Notes: generated by a model not told the origin, from the letters alone. A stretch of 64,000 nucleotides of DNA from Nitrospirota bacterium (GCA_963740085.1 CAVUCU010000007.1:128001-192000), one strand, 5' to 3'. Shown: positions 49,752-60,370, counted from the first letter of the stretch. Numbers and translations are program-made.

Positions 49752-52709
49752 TTAATTCTGATCATTAGTTTCAATGGGTATTTTAATAATAAACCGCGTC
49801 CCCTTGTCCTTTTCCGAATCGATCTCTATCGTCCCGCCGTGGTCCTTGATAATGCTATAACAGATGCTGAGTCCCAGACCCGTACCCTTCGTCGGCCCTT
49901 TGGTGCTGAAGAAGGGATCAAAAACCGCGTCCCTCGCCTCCGCGTCTATACCGTGTCCCGTGTCGGCAAAGCGCACCTCAACATGACTGTCCAGCTGTTT
50001 AATTGAGATATCGAGGTCCCCGCCGTCAGGCATTGCATCGCGCGCGTTCAGGATCAGGTTCAGGAAGACCTGCTGGATCTGGTCGGGGTCGATCTTGAGC
50101 TTCGGGGTATCCTGCACTTCCGTGCGAATCATCACCTTCCGGAAGTTTTTGTCGTAGCGAACGAGGTTCAGCGTGTTCTCAAGGATGTCCTGAAGGCTCG
50201 TCGGCAATTTCTGGCGCGGGTAAAGCCGGGCGAAATCGCCGAGGTTCCGCACGATCCGCGCGATCCGGTGTACGTGCTGATTGATCGTGCCGAGCGAATC
50301 CTTCTCAAAGGACGACAGGTCCTCGGTCAACAGCTCCTGAACCAGGGACGAGATGGACGCAAGCGGGTTGCCGACCTCATGGGCCACGCCCGCAGCAAGC
50401 CTGCCCACGCTTGCGTGCTTGGTGGCGCGGAACAGTTCCTCTTCGATCTTCTTCTTCTCGGTGATGTCCTCAAGAACGAGAACGTATCCCTTTTGCGCTC
50501 CCGTTAGCCTGCTGAGGTAGCCCTTCAGAGTGATCTGGGGATCGAAGTTCCGACTGCAGGTAATTTCGCCCTCATGTACGTCAGGGTTGAATAGCCGCGG
50601 CTCCAGACACTTCAGCAGGTCTTTGGCCTGTTTGTTCAAAGCGTCGGACCTCTCCACGTCCGTTATCATGGTCATGCCGCTGTTCCAGTAGGTAACCTGC
50701 AGCGCCTCATCGAGGGTCGCCACGCCGAGCGGAAGACTTTCGATGATGTTCTCGCTGAACTCCTTGAGCATGGCAAGCTGCCGGTTCGCCTCGGCGAGTT
50801 CCTGTCGCGACAGCCGCAGGCTCCGGGATATCTGCCGAATAGAGTCCGAGACGCGGAGTGCGTCATCGTGCGTCAGGACCGTCTGGTCCTGGAAGACCAG
50901 GGTGCTGATGGACGGGCCGAGAGCGCCTGACAGGATGCGTTCGGCCTCTTCCCTGAGCTTCAAAAGCCACTCGTTCGATATCGATTTGCGAGCTATGCTG
51001 TTCTTTTTCAAAAAACCGTCCACAGCTTCGCTCGCTTCGTGCTTGCCGATGTACTGACCCAGGATGTCCTCGATCTTTGCAATATCAGCGGGCCGGTGGG
51101 CCTGAGAGAACTGGAGCGGCGAATAGGAGTCAACGAAGATTATGGCCTGGCGGGTCTCGGCATCGGACTGACGGGTGAAGATCGATACACCCACGAAGGA
51201 GAGGAGGTTCAGCAGCAGGCCCCAGAACAGTGAGTGGGTCCATCGGTCGAGGCCTGTGAGGCCGAAGAGAGCCGTGGGGTTCAGGAGCCTTGATCTGAAG
51301 ATCTCTCCCATGACGCCTCCGGGTTCGATGATCCCGGCGCGCATGAGCGCAGGGATGAGAAGCGTGTATATCCAGACGCTGAAGCCGGCAATGATCCCGG
51401 CGATAGCGCCCTTCTTGTTGCCGCCTTTCCAGTAAAGGCCGAGCAGGATCGATGGGGCAAAGATCGTGACCGCCTCGAAGGACTTGAGCCCGATGTCCAC
51501 AAGGGTGTAGTACTCACCGATGTAGACGGCAAAAGTATACCCGAGGAACACCAACCCCAGGATGACGGCCCGCTTGATGTTCAGCATCACCGCCGAAAAG
51601 TTCTTGAACGCCCTCAAATTCCATAACGTGGGCATCACAAAACTGTTCATGACCATGGTGGACAGCGCCACGGACTCCACAATGATCATGGCCGTGGCAG
51701 CCGAGAATCCGCCGATGAACACAAAGATCGCCAGCAGCGGTTGGCCGTGGTGCAGGGGGATGCTCAGTACGAAATAGTCCGCTGTGGATTGGATATCCCC
51801 GAGCAGCAGCCCGCCGTAGGCGATGGGCAGCACGAAAATATTTATCAGGAACAGATAGAGGGGAAAGAGCCACATCGCCTTTTTGATGTGGTCAGCCGAA
51901 TAATTTTCCACAACAGCCACGTGGAATTGTCGCGGCAGGAACATGATGGCCATCATGGACAGGAAGGTGAGGGATGTCCATTCAAGGAAGCTGACCGGCG
52001 ATCCCTCGCCGATCTTCGTCAGTGAAGCATACTGCGTATGTGCAATTTTCTGGAAAATATCTCCGAAGCCGTTAAAGATCCCATACGTCACAAAAAATCC
52101 GACGCTCATGAATGCTACCAGCTTGATCGCCGATTCAAAAGCCACGGCGAAGACCAGACCGCCGTGGCGCTCACTTGCATCGAGCTTTCGCGCACCGAAG
52201 ATAACGGCAAACACGCCAAGGAGCAGCGAGATGAACCAGCCCATAAAGTGGATGTCTTCGGGCCTGCCCGAGAGCAGGGAGAACGTCGATGTGATGGCCT
52301 TGAGCTGGAGCCCGAGATAGGGGGTGATGCCGATAACTGCCACGATCGTGACCAGGACGGAGAGACCGACGGATTTGCCGTAGCGCGACGAAATGAAATC
52401 AGAGATCGTGGTGATCCGATTTTCCTTGGAAAGGTACACGATCTTCCTGAGCACGATCCACCAGAGCGCGGCCATGAGCGTGGGACCGATGTAGGTCGTG
52501 AGAAAGCTCAAACCCGAATTCGCCGCCCTGCCCACGCTGCCGTAAAAGGTCCAGGAGGTGCAGTAAACAGCGAGGGAGAGCGAATAGATATAGGGGTTTG
52601 AAACCAGGCTCCTCCCCTGCTCTTCCTTTAGTTCCGCAAAATAGGCAACGGAAAAGAGGAGCAGGAGGTAGCCAAAGATGATGGTGAGCAGGATCCAGGG
52701 CGAGAACAC
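49752..52709 (-). CDS. SLC5/SSS transporter-fused histidine kinase (CbrA/CrbS family, no receiver domain)
   Basis: YSLSLAVYCTSWTFYG, LPRQFHV, STAC-like region, PAS, AHEVGNPL, NARDAM, GTGLGL. Confidence 0.92.
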   Translation of the reverse strand: MFSPWILLTIIFGYLLLLFSVAYFAELKEEQGRSLVSNPYIYSLSLAVYCTSWTFYGSVGRAANSGLSFLTTYIGPTLMAALWWIVLRKIVYLSKENRITTISDFISSRYGKSVGLSVLVTIVAVIGITPYLGLQLKAITSTFSLLSGRPEDIHFMGWFISLLLGVFAVIFGARKLDASERHGGLVFAVAFESAIKLVAFMSVGFFVTYGIFNGFGDIFQKIAHTQYASLTKIGEGSPVSFLEWTSLTFLSMMAIMFLPRQFHVAVVENYSADHIKKAMWLFPLYLFLINIFVLPIAYGGLLLGDIQSTADYFVLSIPLHHGQPLLAIFVFIGGFSAATAMIIVESVALSTMVMNSFVMPTLWNLRAFKNFSAVMLNIKRAVILGLVFLGYTFAVYIGEYYTLVDIGLKSFEAVTIFAPSILLGLYWKGGNKKGAIAGIIAGFSVWIYTLLIPALMRAGIIEPGGVMGEIFRSRLLNPTALFGLTGLDRWTHSLFWGLLLNLLSFVGVSIFTRQSDAETRQAIIFVDSYSPLQFSQAHRPADIAKIEDILGQYIGKHEASEAVDGFLKKNSIARKSISNEWLLKLREEAERILSGALGPSISTLVFQDQTVLTHDDALRVSDSIRQISRSLRLSRQELAEANRQLAMLKEFSENIIESLPLGVATLDEALQVTYWNSGMTMITDVERSDALNKQAKDLLKCLEPRLFNPDVHEGEITCSRNFDPQITLKGYLSRLTGAQKGYVLVLEDITEKKKIEEELFRATKHASVGRLAAGVAHEVGNPLASISSLVQELLTEDLSSFEKDSLGTINQHVHRIARIVRNLGDFARLYPRQKLPTSLQDILENTLNLVRYDKNFRKVMIRTEVQDTPKLKIDPDQIQQVFLNLILNARDAMPDGGDLDISIKQLDSHVEVRFADTGHGIDAEARDAVFDPFFSTKGPTKGTGLGLSICYSIIKDHGGTIEIDSEKDKGTRFIIKIPIETNDQN

Positions 52710-52886
52710 TTAACCTCCTCCGTCCTCTCGTTTTGAATATGTAGACGCAAGGAAAATGAGCCCGATAAAAACGAGCCAGATTATAAAGAGGTAGTAGGAC
52801 AGGCTGTCGCGGAAGATAGAGAGGAAGGGCCCGCCGAAGAGCAAGACCCCTAGGCTGAACAAAAAGACCCAGATATCACGTTTCAT
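52710..52886 (-). CDS. 58-aa two-TM peptide coupled to the kinase (CbrX-like)
   Basis: MKRDIWVFLFSLG...; its stop directly abuts the kinase GTG, and its last codons supply GGAGG. Confidence 0.7.
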   Translation of the reverse strand: MKRDIWVFLFSLGVLLFGGPFLSIFRDSLSYYLFIIWLVFIGLIFLASTYSKREDGGG

Positions 52887-53096
52887 CCCTTCACGTTCCT
52901 TTCCCTGATCGGCACTCGATATACTATCACAAATTATCGTCAAATTCCATACGGGAAACAGGTCATTCATGACGGCGCAGGCTATCAACCGCCTTGATTT
53001 TGTAATGCACATCTGATAAGGTTGTGAGACTGCATGTCACTATCCTTTTGTGCACGACCGCAGATAATCTACAGAGACACGAGGGGGTAACAAGCC

Positions 53097-53684
53097 ATGG
53101 CTGAAACAGACCTTCCCGATCCTGAAGACCTCGAAAAATTGGGCGCAAAGACCTTCACCAGACGTATTGCGTTGACCACGGCGGTCTTTGCCGTGCTTCT
53201 CGCCATCGCCTCCCTTGGCGGCAACAACGCCGCCAGGGAGATGATGCTCGCCCAGCAGCAGGCATCCGACCAATGGGCGCTCTACCAGGCAAAGACCATG
53301 CGTGAAAATCTGTACAAAATGAACGGCCTTCGCATGGAGGCGGACCTCCTTGACCGGGGCCCGGCCATGAAACCGAACAGCAGGAAACTGTATGCATCCA
53401 TGCTGAAGGACAGTAAAGTTGAAGAGGCAGGGTACCGGGAGGGAAAAAAGAAGATCGAGGAGGAGGCGAGGCACCTTGAAGCGGAGCGGGACAAGAACCG
53501 CGCCAAAGACGCTTACTTCGATTATGCCGGGGTCCTCCTGCAGATATCCATCGTCATGGCATCTATCTCGATCCTCGCCGCCTCGCGTCAGATCTTCTCT
53601 TTCGCCATAGGCAGCGCTGCCCTCGGCACGCTCTTCATGCTGAACGGCTTTTTCCTGATATTTAAGCTCCCGTTTTTTCATTAA
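53097..53684 (+). CDS. DUF4337-like membrane protein
   Basis: IALTTAVFAV, ASDQWALYQAK, LQISIVMAS. Confidence 0.8.
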   Translation: MAETDLPDPEDLEKLGAKTFTRRIALTTAVFAVLLAIASLGGNNAAREMMLAQQQASDQWALYQAKTMRENLYKMNGLRMEADLLDRGPAMKPNSRKLYASMLKDSKVEEAGYREGKKKIEEEARHLEAERDKNRAKDAYFDYAGVLLQISIVMASISILAASRQIFSFAIGSAALGTLFMLNGFFLIFKLPFFH

Positions 53685-53904
53685 GTGATGCTGCGACGAG
53701 AGACGTCATCCAGCGTATCGCCGCCATGCGGTGCGCTTCACCCTAACACATCCCTTTCAGGTCTTCGTACTGTAATAGTGCTATACTTATAAAGGTAAAG
53801 GCGGAATTTAATCTTTCGTTCAAGTCTAATTCGCTATCGCTCATGGCTTAATGCCCTGTTAGACCTGTGCGGAGGGGAAAATAATAAACAGGGAGGAAAC
53901 GGAT

Positions 53905-54366
53905 ATGAAAGCACAGATGGCAATCAACGGGATTCTAGTCAGTTTTTCATTTGTAGTATTATTGTCAGGATTCAACAGTGTAGCTTTGGGAAAATCACCG
54001 GCGGATAATTTAGCCATAAAGGGGTACGATACCGTAGCATATTTCCAGGCCGGCCAGGCACTAAAAGGCAATGGGTCATTTACCGTCCAGTGGCATGACA
54101 TGACCTGGTATTTCTCAACCAAAGAGAACAGGGATCTGTTTGCGGCCAGTCCGGAGAAATACGCCCCGCAATATGACGGTTACTGTGCCTGGGCCATGAC
54201 GGAGTCACGGAAGGCCATAACCGATCCTGAAGTATGGAAGATCGTTGACGGAAAGCTTTACCTGAATTGCAGCAAGTCGGCGTTTGAAAAATGGAGCAGG
54301 GATATTCCCGGCAACATCAAAAAGGCCGATATGATCTGGTCAAAAATTGAGGGCGGAAAAAATTGA
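53905..54366 (+). CDS. Exported YHS-domain protein
   Basis: Signal peptide; GYDTVAYF, PQYDGYCAW, VDGKLYLN. Confidence 0.85.
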   Translation: MKAQMAINGILVSFSFVVLLSGFNSVALGKSPADNLAIKGYDTVAYFQAGQALKGNGSFTVQWHDMTWYFSTKENRDLFAASPEKYAPQYDGYCAWAMTESRKAITDPEVWKIVDGKLYLNCSKSAFEKWSRDIPGNIKKADMIWSKIEGGKN

Positions 54367-54393
54367 TCGCATGCCTTCTCAGATGAAAGCGGC

Positions 54394-54834
54394 ATGAATA
54401 CGCGAAGCGAGGTATGGCCAAACGGAATTCCGGTGGTCAGCCAAAAAGCGCAACGGTCAAGAACAGTCACCGCCCGCGACATCGAGTTATTCACTGAGAT
54501 AAGCGGCGACCACAATCCTTTGCATTATGATGAAGAGGTTGCCCGAACCACCCGCTTTGGAAGCATTGTTGTCCAGGGCGGCGTTACCAGCGCAATACTC
54601 AATGCGGTCGTGGCGGAGGACCTCCCCGGCCCGGGCACCGTATTCTTGCACGTTAACTGGGAATTCAAGGCGCCCGTTCGGCCCGGCGACACCCTCACCG
54701 GTGAAGTGACAATTAACAAGGTGCGTGAAGACAAGCCGATAACAGAGCTGGAGACCCGCGTAGTTCTCGCCGACGGCACCGTTGTCCTGGAAGGAACTGC
54801 TGTCTGTTACACGTTCCCCATTAAAAAGAAATAG
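54394..54834 (+). CDS. MaoC-like dehydratase
   Basis: SGDHNPLH, LPGPG, FKAPVRPGD. Confidence 0.9.
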   Translation: MNTRSEVWPNGIPVVSQKAQRSRTVTARDIELFTEISGDHNPLHYDEEVARTTRFGSIVVQGGVTSAILNAVVAEDLPGPGTVFLHVNWEFKAPVRPGDTLTGEVTINKVREDKPITELETRVVLADGTVVLEGTAVCYTFPIKKK

Positions 54835-54937
54835 GTACTATGAACCACAACCGGACATGCGATGTCGCTGTGCGATTTGCCCACCTGCTCATCGGTTCTT
54901 TCTTTACATTCTTGCCCTGTTGTGATAAAAATCCCTC

Positions 54938-57688
54938 ATGAAATCACTACACTGGCTGGCAGGTTGCGCCTTCGTTCTGCTGCTCCTCTCCCCTGCCTAC
55001 TCATCCTCTTCCTCCTTTTCCGGGATGACGATAACCCGGATCGATTTCAAGGACGATCTCGGCCAGCCCTGGCCCAATCCCGGACAAGTGTTGCCGCTCA
55101 TCCTGTTGAAGCCCGGGGACCGGTTCGCCGGTTCTACGATCCGCGACGGGATCGCGACGCTTTATCTGAAAAGGATCTTCAAGGATATCCGGGTCGAGGC
55201 CTTCCCTGACAACGGCGGTGTGCGGCTTGAATATATCGTGACGCCGATATCGATCGTGGATGAGATAGACATCCACGGCAACAGTACGGTCCCCTCGGGT
55301 ACGATCCTGGACGCGCTCGCCGGTATCGAAGGGAAAGAACCGCGCGACGAGAAGCTTTTCTCGCTCAGGTCAGACATCCTCGCCCTCTACCAGGTAGAGG
55401 GATTTTATCATGCGACCGTGGCCTTCCGCACCACGCCTCTCAAAGAACCGCATCGTGTTGCCCTCCATGTCTATATCCAGGAGTCAAGACCGACGCTGAT
55501 CGCAGATATCGCCTTTTCCGGCAATGTCGTGTTCACGGACAAACAACTCATCAGGGTCATGAAAAGCAAAAAAGGGTCGCGGCTGCGGCGAGATATCCTT
55601 CTGGACTCGGATATGAAAGCGATCATCAATAAATATACCGACAAAGGATATCCCGCGGCAAAGGCCGGACCTGTTGAATTGAGTTTCACGGAAAACAAGG
55701 TCATGGTGCATGTCCCGGTGAGCGAGGGCCCGCTCGTAACGGTCAGTTTCATCGGCAACCGCGAGTTCGGATCCAAAAAGCTGAAGCAAACCCTCCTGAT
55801 CTGGACGGAACATGACATCTCGGACTCCGTTGTCGACAGCAGCATGGACAAGATAAAGGGCCTGTACCGTGAAAAGGGTTATGCCGATGTGGCCATGGAA
55901 GTTAAAAAATCCGGGCAGCCGGGCCGGCTCGACCTTGAGTTCACGGTCCATGAGGGGCCGCGGGTGATGGTGAAGGAGATCACGATCCGCGGAAATACCC
56001 TGTTTTCTGCCAAAGAGATCAAGAAGCAAATGGCCCTGCGGGAGCCGGGCTGGTTCACCTCACCTCCCTTTCAGGAGGACCTTCTGGACAGGGATGTTGA
56101 AGACCTCCGCAATCGATATCTTGATGCCGGCTACTTGTCCGCAACCGTGAACCAGAACACGGTCAGAAACAAGGACCAGAGCGAGGCAACAGTAACCATC
56201 GAGATCATTGAAGGACCGCAGACAAGAACGGGCAGTGTCTCCTTCGACGGGAACACCGCCTTCACCACGGCGGAGCTTCAGAAAAACACCTATCTGAAAC
56301 AGGGCGCGCCATTCAACGAACGTCTCATCGACGAGGACAAATACCGGATACTGATGATGTACTCTAACAAAGCCTACCTTTATGCCAGGGTGGAAGTGGA
56401 AAAAACCCCTCATGACGGGACCGTGGATGTTCGCTTCCGGATCACCGAGGATAGGCCGGTCAAGATCGGCAAGATCATTCTGCGGGGGAACATACGGACC
56501 AGGGATGACGTGATCATGCGCGAACTGCTCGTGAAACCGGGGGACCCTTACAACTACAGCGCCATTCTCAAGAGCCAGCAGCAGATCTACCGCTTCGGCT
56601 ATTTCCGGGTTGCCCGGTTCGACCCCGTCCATCCGGGCGAAAAAGAATATATCATAGACTTGTTGTTCACGGTCGAGGAAAGGCCTGCGGGAGCTGTGGA
56701 GGTCAGCGTGGGTTACGGCGACCTGGACCGGCTCCGGGGTTCCGTGGAGGTCTCGTATCGGAACCTCTGGGGTACGGCACGGTACTCGAGCCTTCGGTAC
56801 GAGCAAAGCGACATACTCAAGCGCGCGATCTTTAATTTTCAGGAACCCTGGATCCTGGGCTATAAACTTGAGAACAAGTTCAGCCTCGTGTGGTCGGATT
56901 CAGAGAAACTGAACTCCGATACCCGCGAGATCTATTATAAAACGCGCAAAACCGTGGCCTCCTTCGGCGTTGAAAAGACCTACGAGCATCTGAAGCCTTC
57001 GCTGACATACCAGTTCGAGAATGTCGTCAATTATGACGTGCTGCAGGCGGCTCAGCTCACCCCGGAAGACAGCGGCCGCGTTCTGGTGAGCAGTCTCAGC
57101 CCGGCCGTAGTCCTGGACCTGCGCGATGATGTGTTCAATCCGAGAAAGGGTGCGCTCTACGGCATCGTCCTGAAAGAGGCGCTCCGGGAACTGTGGTCGC
57201 AGGCGGACTTCTCAAAGCTTACGGTCCAGGGCAGCTGGTTCTTTCCGCTTGGCACTGCCGTCGTGGCCCTGTCCGCTCGGGCGGGCATGGCCTGGCCGTT
57301 CCGCGATACCGCCGAGGTCCCGATCCATGAGCGGTTCTACGTGGGCGGAAGCACCACGGTTCGGGGCTACAAACAGGACGCCGTGGGGCCGAGCGTGGTG
57401 GGGCCGGACGGTCAACCGATCCCGACGGGAGGCTCGAGCATGATGGTGCTGAATCTCGAACTTCGATTGAACCCCGGGGAGGGATTCGGCGTCGTCTTCT
57501 TTACCGACGCAGGCAATGTGTGGCAAGGTCAGGAGATCAACGTAAAAGACCTCCGGTCCTCCTACGGCGCCGGGATCCGGTACGGAACTCCCGTAGGCCC
57601 CCTCAGGATCGATTACGGACAAAAGATACACCGGCTTCCCGGGGAAAGTCCGGGAGAACTTCATTTCAATATTGGCAATACCTTCTGA
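54938..57688 (+). CDS. Omp85 family outer-membrane protein (BamA/TamA-like) with many POTRA domains
   Basis: Signal peptide; repeated GN..F/EGP POTRA motifs; ERFYVGG..VRGY; TPVGPLRIDYG; terminal Phe. Confidence 0.88.
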   Translation: MKSLHWLAGCAFVLLLLSPAYSSSSSFSGMTITRIDFKDDLGQPWPNPGQVLPLILLKPGDRFAGSTIRDGIATLYLKRIFKDIRVEAFPDNGGVRLEYIVTPISIVDEIDIHGNSTVPSGTILDALAGIEGKEPRDEKLFSLRSDILALYQVEGFYHATVAFRTTPLKEPHRVALHVYIQESRPTLIADIAFSGNVVFTDKQLIRVMKSKKGSRLRRDILLDSDMKAIINKYTDKGYPAAKAGPVELSFTENKVMVHVPVSEGPLVTVSFIGNREFGSKKLKQTLLIWTEHDISDSVVDSSMDKIKGLYREKGYADVAMEVKKSGQPGRLDLEFTVHEGPRVMVKEITIRGNTLFSAKEIKKQMALREPGWFTSPPFQEDLLDRDVEDLRNRYLDAGYLSATVNQNTVRNKDQSEATVTIEIIEGPQTRTGSVSFDGNTAFTTAELQKNTYLKQGAPFNERLIDEDKYRILMMYSNKAYLYARVEVEKTPHDGTVDVRFRITEDRPVKIGKIILRGNIRTRDDVIMRELLVKPGDPYNYSAILKSQQQIYRFGYFRVARFDPVHPGEKEYIIDLLFTVEERPAGAVEVSVGYGDLDRLRGSVEVSYRNLWGTARYSSLRYEQSDILKRAIFNFQEPWILGYKLENKFSLVWSDSEKLNSDTREIYYKTRKTVASFGVEKTYEHLKPSLTYQFENVVNYDVLQAAQLTPEDSGRVLVSSLSPAVVLDLRDDVFNPRKGALYGIVLKEALRELWSQADFSKLTVQGSWFFPLGTAVVALSARAGMAWPFRDTAEVPIHERFYVGGSTTVRGYKQDAVGPSVVGPDGQPIPTGGSSMMVLNLELRLNPGEGFGVVFFTDAGNVWQGQEINVKDLRSSYGAGIRYGTPVGPLRIDYGQKIHRLPGESPGELHFNIGNTF

Positions 57689-57842
57689 TGAACAGGCCCC
57701 GGCAAAGCCTCTCCGTGATCTGTTGTCCGGACATGGCACTCTGTACTTCCCTTCGTGCCGTCCGCTGTGGTATTATTCCCGCAGAAAACAGAGCGGCCCG
57801 GTATTATATATACGCCGAGCGCACGGAAAACCCGGACAACAC

Positions 57843-59081
57843 ATGAAAAAACACAAAAAGAGCGGCGCCCGGTCTGAGGCGCAATTTACGGAGAGCGCCG
57901 TCAAGCTTAAACGCTCATCCCCTGAGCTGGAGCAAAAGCCGTTCGAGGGCACGAATGAATTAGCCGCCATTGACGCGGTCGCCCTCACGTTGAGCGAGGC
58001 CGGCAACCTCACGGACGTCCTTGCCAGGTCGCTTGACAGGATCATCACCAGCCTGTCCGGCCTGAAGCCCCGGGGAGGCGTGTTCCTGTGCGATCCCGAC
58101 GGCGAGGTCCTGCGCCTGGTGACGCACAAGGGTCTCCCGCCGGAATTTGCGCGGCACGAGGAGACGATCAGGATGGGGGAATGTCTGTGCGGCATGGTTG
58201 CCCGGACCGGAGAGTTGCTGTTTACGCGGGATGGATGCTCGGACCCTCGTCATGTGCGCAACAGGGGCGCAGAGGACCATGGCCACATCATCATTCCCAT
58301 GAAATCGAGGGGTATTGTCCTGGGGGTCATGTTCCTCTACACGACCATGGATTTTGAGCTCAAGCCGACGGATATCCAGATGCTCGATGCGATCGGGGCA
58401 CAACTCGGCCTGGCAGTCGAGAACTTCCGTTTTTATACTGAGGTGAAGCAGTCAAGCGAGAAATACTGGGACCTCTTTGAGAACGCCCGGGATATCCTTT
58501 TTACCATGGACACCGGCTGCAGGTTTACCGCGGTGAACCGGACAGCGGAATTGTTTTCCGGTTATTCGAAGATGGAACTCATCGGGATGAATGTCAAGGA
58601 TTTTCTCACTCCGTCGGCGGCCGCGATGGGGAAGGAACTGCTTGGCGGAGAAGAGATCAAATCGCGCCGGTTGATCGAGTTCGAGGTCATCAAGCGGGAT
58701 ACGAACCACGCGTTCCTTGAGGTGAGCCTCCGAAAGCTGTTTGTGAACCAGGTTCTGACGGGTTTCCAGGTTTCCGCGCGCGACATAACCGAGCAGAAGA
58801 ACATGAGGGCAATGATCGTCAAGGCCGAACGCCTGGGCGCTATCGGGCAGGTAGGGATCGCCGTCCGGCATGAGATCAACAACCCTCTCACGACCGTCAT
58901 TGGCAACGTCGAACTGCTCATCGAGCGCTATGAGCACAAGGACAAGGAACTCACTGCGCGGCTGGAGGTGATTCTGAACAATGCCCTCAGGATAGCCGAG
59001 ATAACCAAACGGCTGCAGGAGATCAAAAAGGAAAATATCGTGGACTATCGCACCGGCGTAAAAATGACGGATTTAAAGTAA
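57843..59081 (+). CDS. GAF-PAS-HisKA protein lacking an HATPase domain
   Basis: GECLCG GAF, PAS (ARDITE), HEINNPL; ends about 65 aa later. Confidence 0.82.
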   Translation: MKKHKKSGARSEAQFTESAVKLKRSSPELEQKPFEGTNELAAIDAVALTLSEAGNLTDVLARSLDRIITSLSGLKPRGGVFLCDPDGEVLRLVTHKGLPPEFARHEETIRMGECLCGMVARTGELLFTRDGCSDPRHVRNRGAEDHGHIIIPMKSRGIVLGVMFLYTTMDFELKPTDIQMLDAIGAQLGLAVENFRFYTEVKQSSEKYWDLFENARDILFTMDTGCRFTAVNRTAELFSGYSKMELIGMNVKDFLTPSAAAMGKELLGGEEIKSRRLIEFEVIKRDTNHAFLEVSLRKLFVNQVLTGFQVSARDITEQKNMRAMIVKAERLGAIGQVGIAVRHEINNPLTTVIGNVELLIERYEHKDKELTARLEVILNNALRIAEITKRLQEIKKENIVDYRTGVKMTDLK

Positions 59082-59096
59082 GGCAGAAAGGCATTC

Positions 59097-59780
59097 ATGA
59101 AGTCATCTTTCACCACCGCCTCTATCCAATTCCCGACAAACCGCGTGCGGTACAGGAGCCGCCTGGGTGCGGGAATAAGCCTGTGCCTTTGCATCCTCCT
59201 GCTCTCCTCCCCGGTCCGGGCGGAGCTGGTGGACCGCATCGTAGCAGCGGTCAACAATGACGTGATCACCGCGAGCGACCTTGCCCATGCGGTCGCGCTG
59301 AATATGCGGCTCGGCGGCACCTATGAAGACCGGAAGACGCTTGAATCGGACACCCTCGAAGGGCTCATCACCAGACGGCTGCTCGTCCAGGAGGCGCGCC
59401 GCCTCCGGTTCGTCGAGGTCTCCGATGAGGAGATCAGCGCCGAGAGCGACAAGCTCAGGAAGCAATTCGGCTCCGACAAGGCCTTTGAAGACTTCCTGAA
59501 AGAACAGGACATGACCGGGCAGGAACTCCGCAGGATGCTTGGCGAACGGCTTCTGGTCGAGCGGTTCGTGGAAAAGAAGGTCGGGATCTTCGTACGGGTG
59601 AACAGGGACGAAGCACGGAGTTATTTTGAATCGCATGCCGCTGAGTACAAGGACAAACGTTTTGAGGATCTTCAGAAGACCATCATTGCGCTGCTGACCG
59701 ATCAAAAAATCAAGCAGCAGTTAGACCAGTACGTAGCCGAGCTTCGCAGCAGGGCGGACATCAGGATCAACGCGCACTGA
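59097..59780 (+). CDS. SurA N-terminal domain chaperone-like protein
   Basis: VDRIVAAVNNDVIT..LRSRADIRI. Confidence 0.82.
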   Translation: MKSSFTTASIQFPTNRVRYRSRLGAGISLCLCILLLSSPVRAELVDRIVAAVNNDVITASDLAHAVALNMRLGGTYEDRKTLESDTLEGLITRRLLVQEARRLRFVEVSDEEISAESDKLRKQFGSDKAFEDFLKEQDMTGQELRRMLGERLLVERFVEKKVGIFVRVNRDEARSYFESHAAEYKDKRFEDLQKTIIALLTDQKIKQQLDQYVAELRSRADIRINAH

Positions 59781-59894
59781 GAGGGTGATATCGGTCCGAA
59801 GCGGGCCGGCATGCGTATTGTATTTTACCGTATGATGAGTTGACAGTAGGACAACGATTATGCTATGGTAATCACATTAAGAGAGGAGGCGGCA

Positions 59895-60344
59895 ATGGCA
59901 TATACCCGATCACTGATCTTTGTTCTTACAGTCTTGGTGGGAATGATCGCTGCACCTGCATATCCGGCGGACGAGCTCTTCGATACCGCAGCAGCATCAA
60001 AGCATATGGACCAGGGAATTTCCTGTTTGAAGGCAAAGGATTTTGATGCGGCCATAAAAGAATTCAATGAATCAGCATCCATCGCCCCCGAAGCGGAAGC
60101 CTACTATTACCTCGGGTACGCATATTATATGAAAAGCAGAAAAGTCGACGGGGAAAGTCGAAGAATGTCCCGGGAAAATTTCGAACAAGCATACGAAATA
60201 GACCCGAACTTCTCTCCGACCCGATATAAACCGTCCGAACCGGCACTTCAGCAGACAACCGAGGAGCCGTCTGCGGCAGCGGTACCTGTCGTCCCGCAAC
60301 CGGCCGAGCAGCAGCCGCCGACGCCGGAGCAGCCGAACCCATAA
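59895..60344 (+). CDS. Exported TPR protein with Pro/Gln-rich tail
   Basis: GGAGG RBS, signal peptide, AEAYYYLGYAY. Confidence 0.8.
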   Translation: MAYTRSLIFVLTVLVGMIAAPAYPADELFDTAAASKHMDQGISCLKAKDFDAAIKEFNESASIAPEAEAYYYLGYAYYMKSRKVDGESRRMSRENFEQAYEIDPNFSPTRYKPSEPALQQTTEEPSAAAVPVVPQPAEQQPPTPEQPNP

Positions 60345-60370
60345 GCTGCTAAAAACGCCCTCAACGATAC

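Noticed and set aside
53905-54366. Possible selenoprotein (YHS family)
   Set aside because: The relevant position is a Cys codon (GYCAW) and there is no in-frame TGA.
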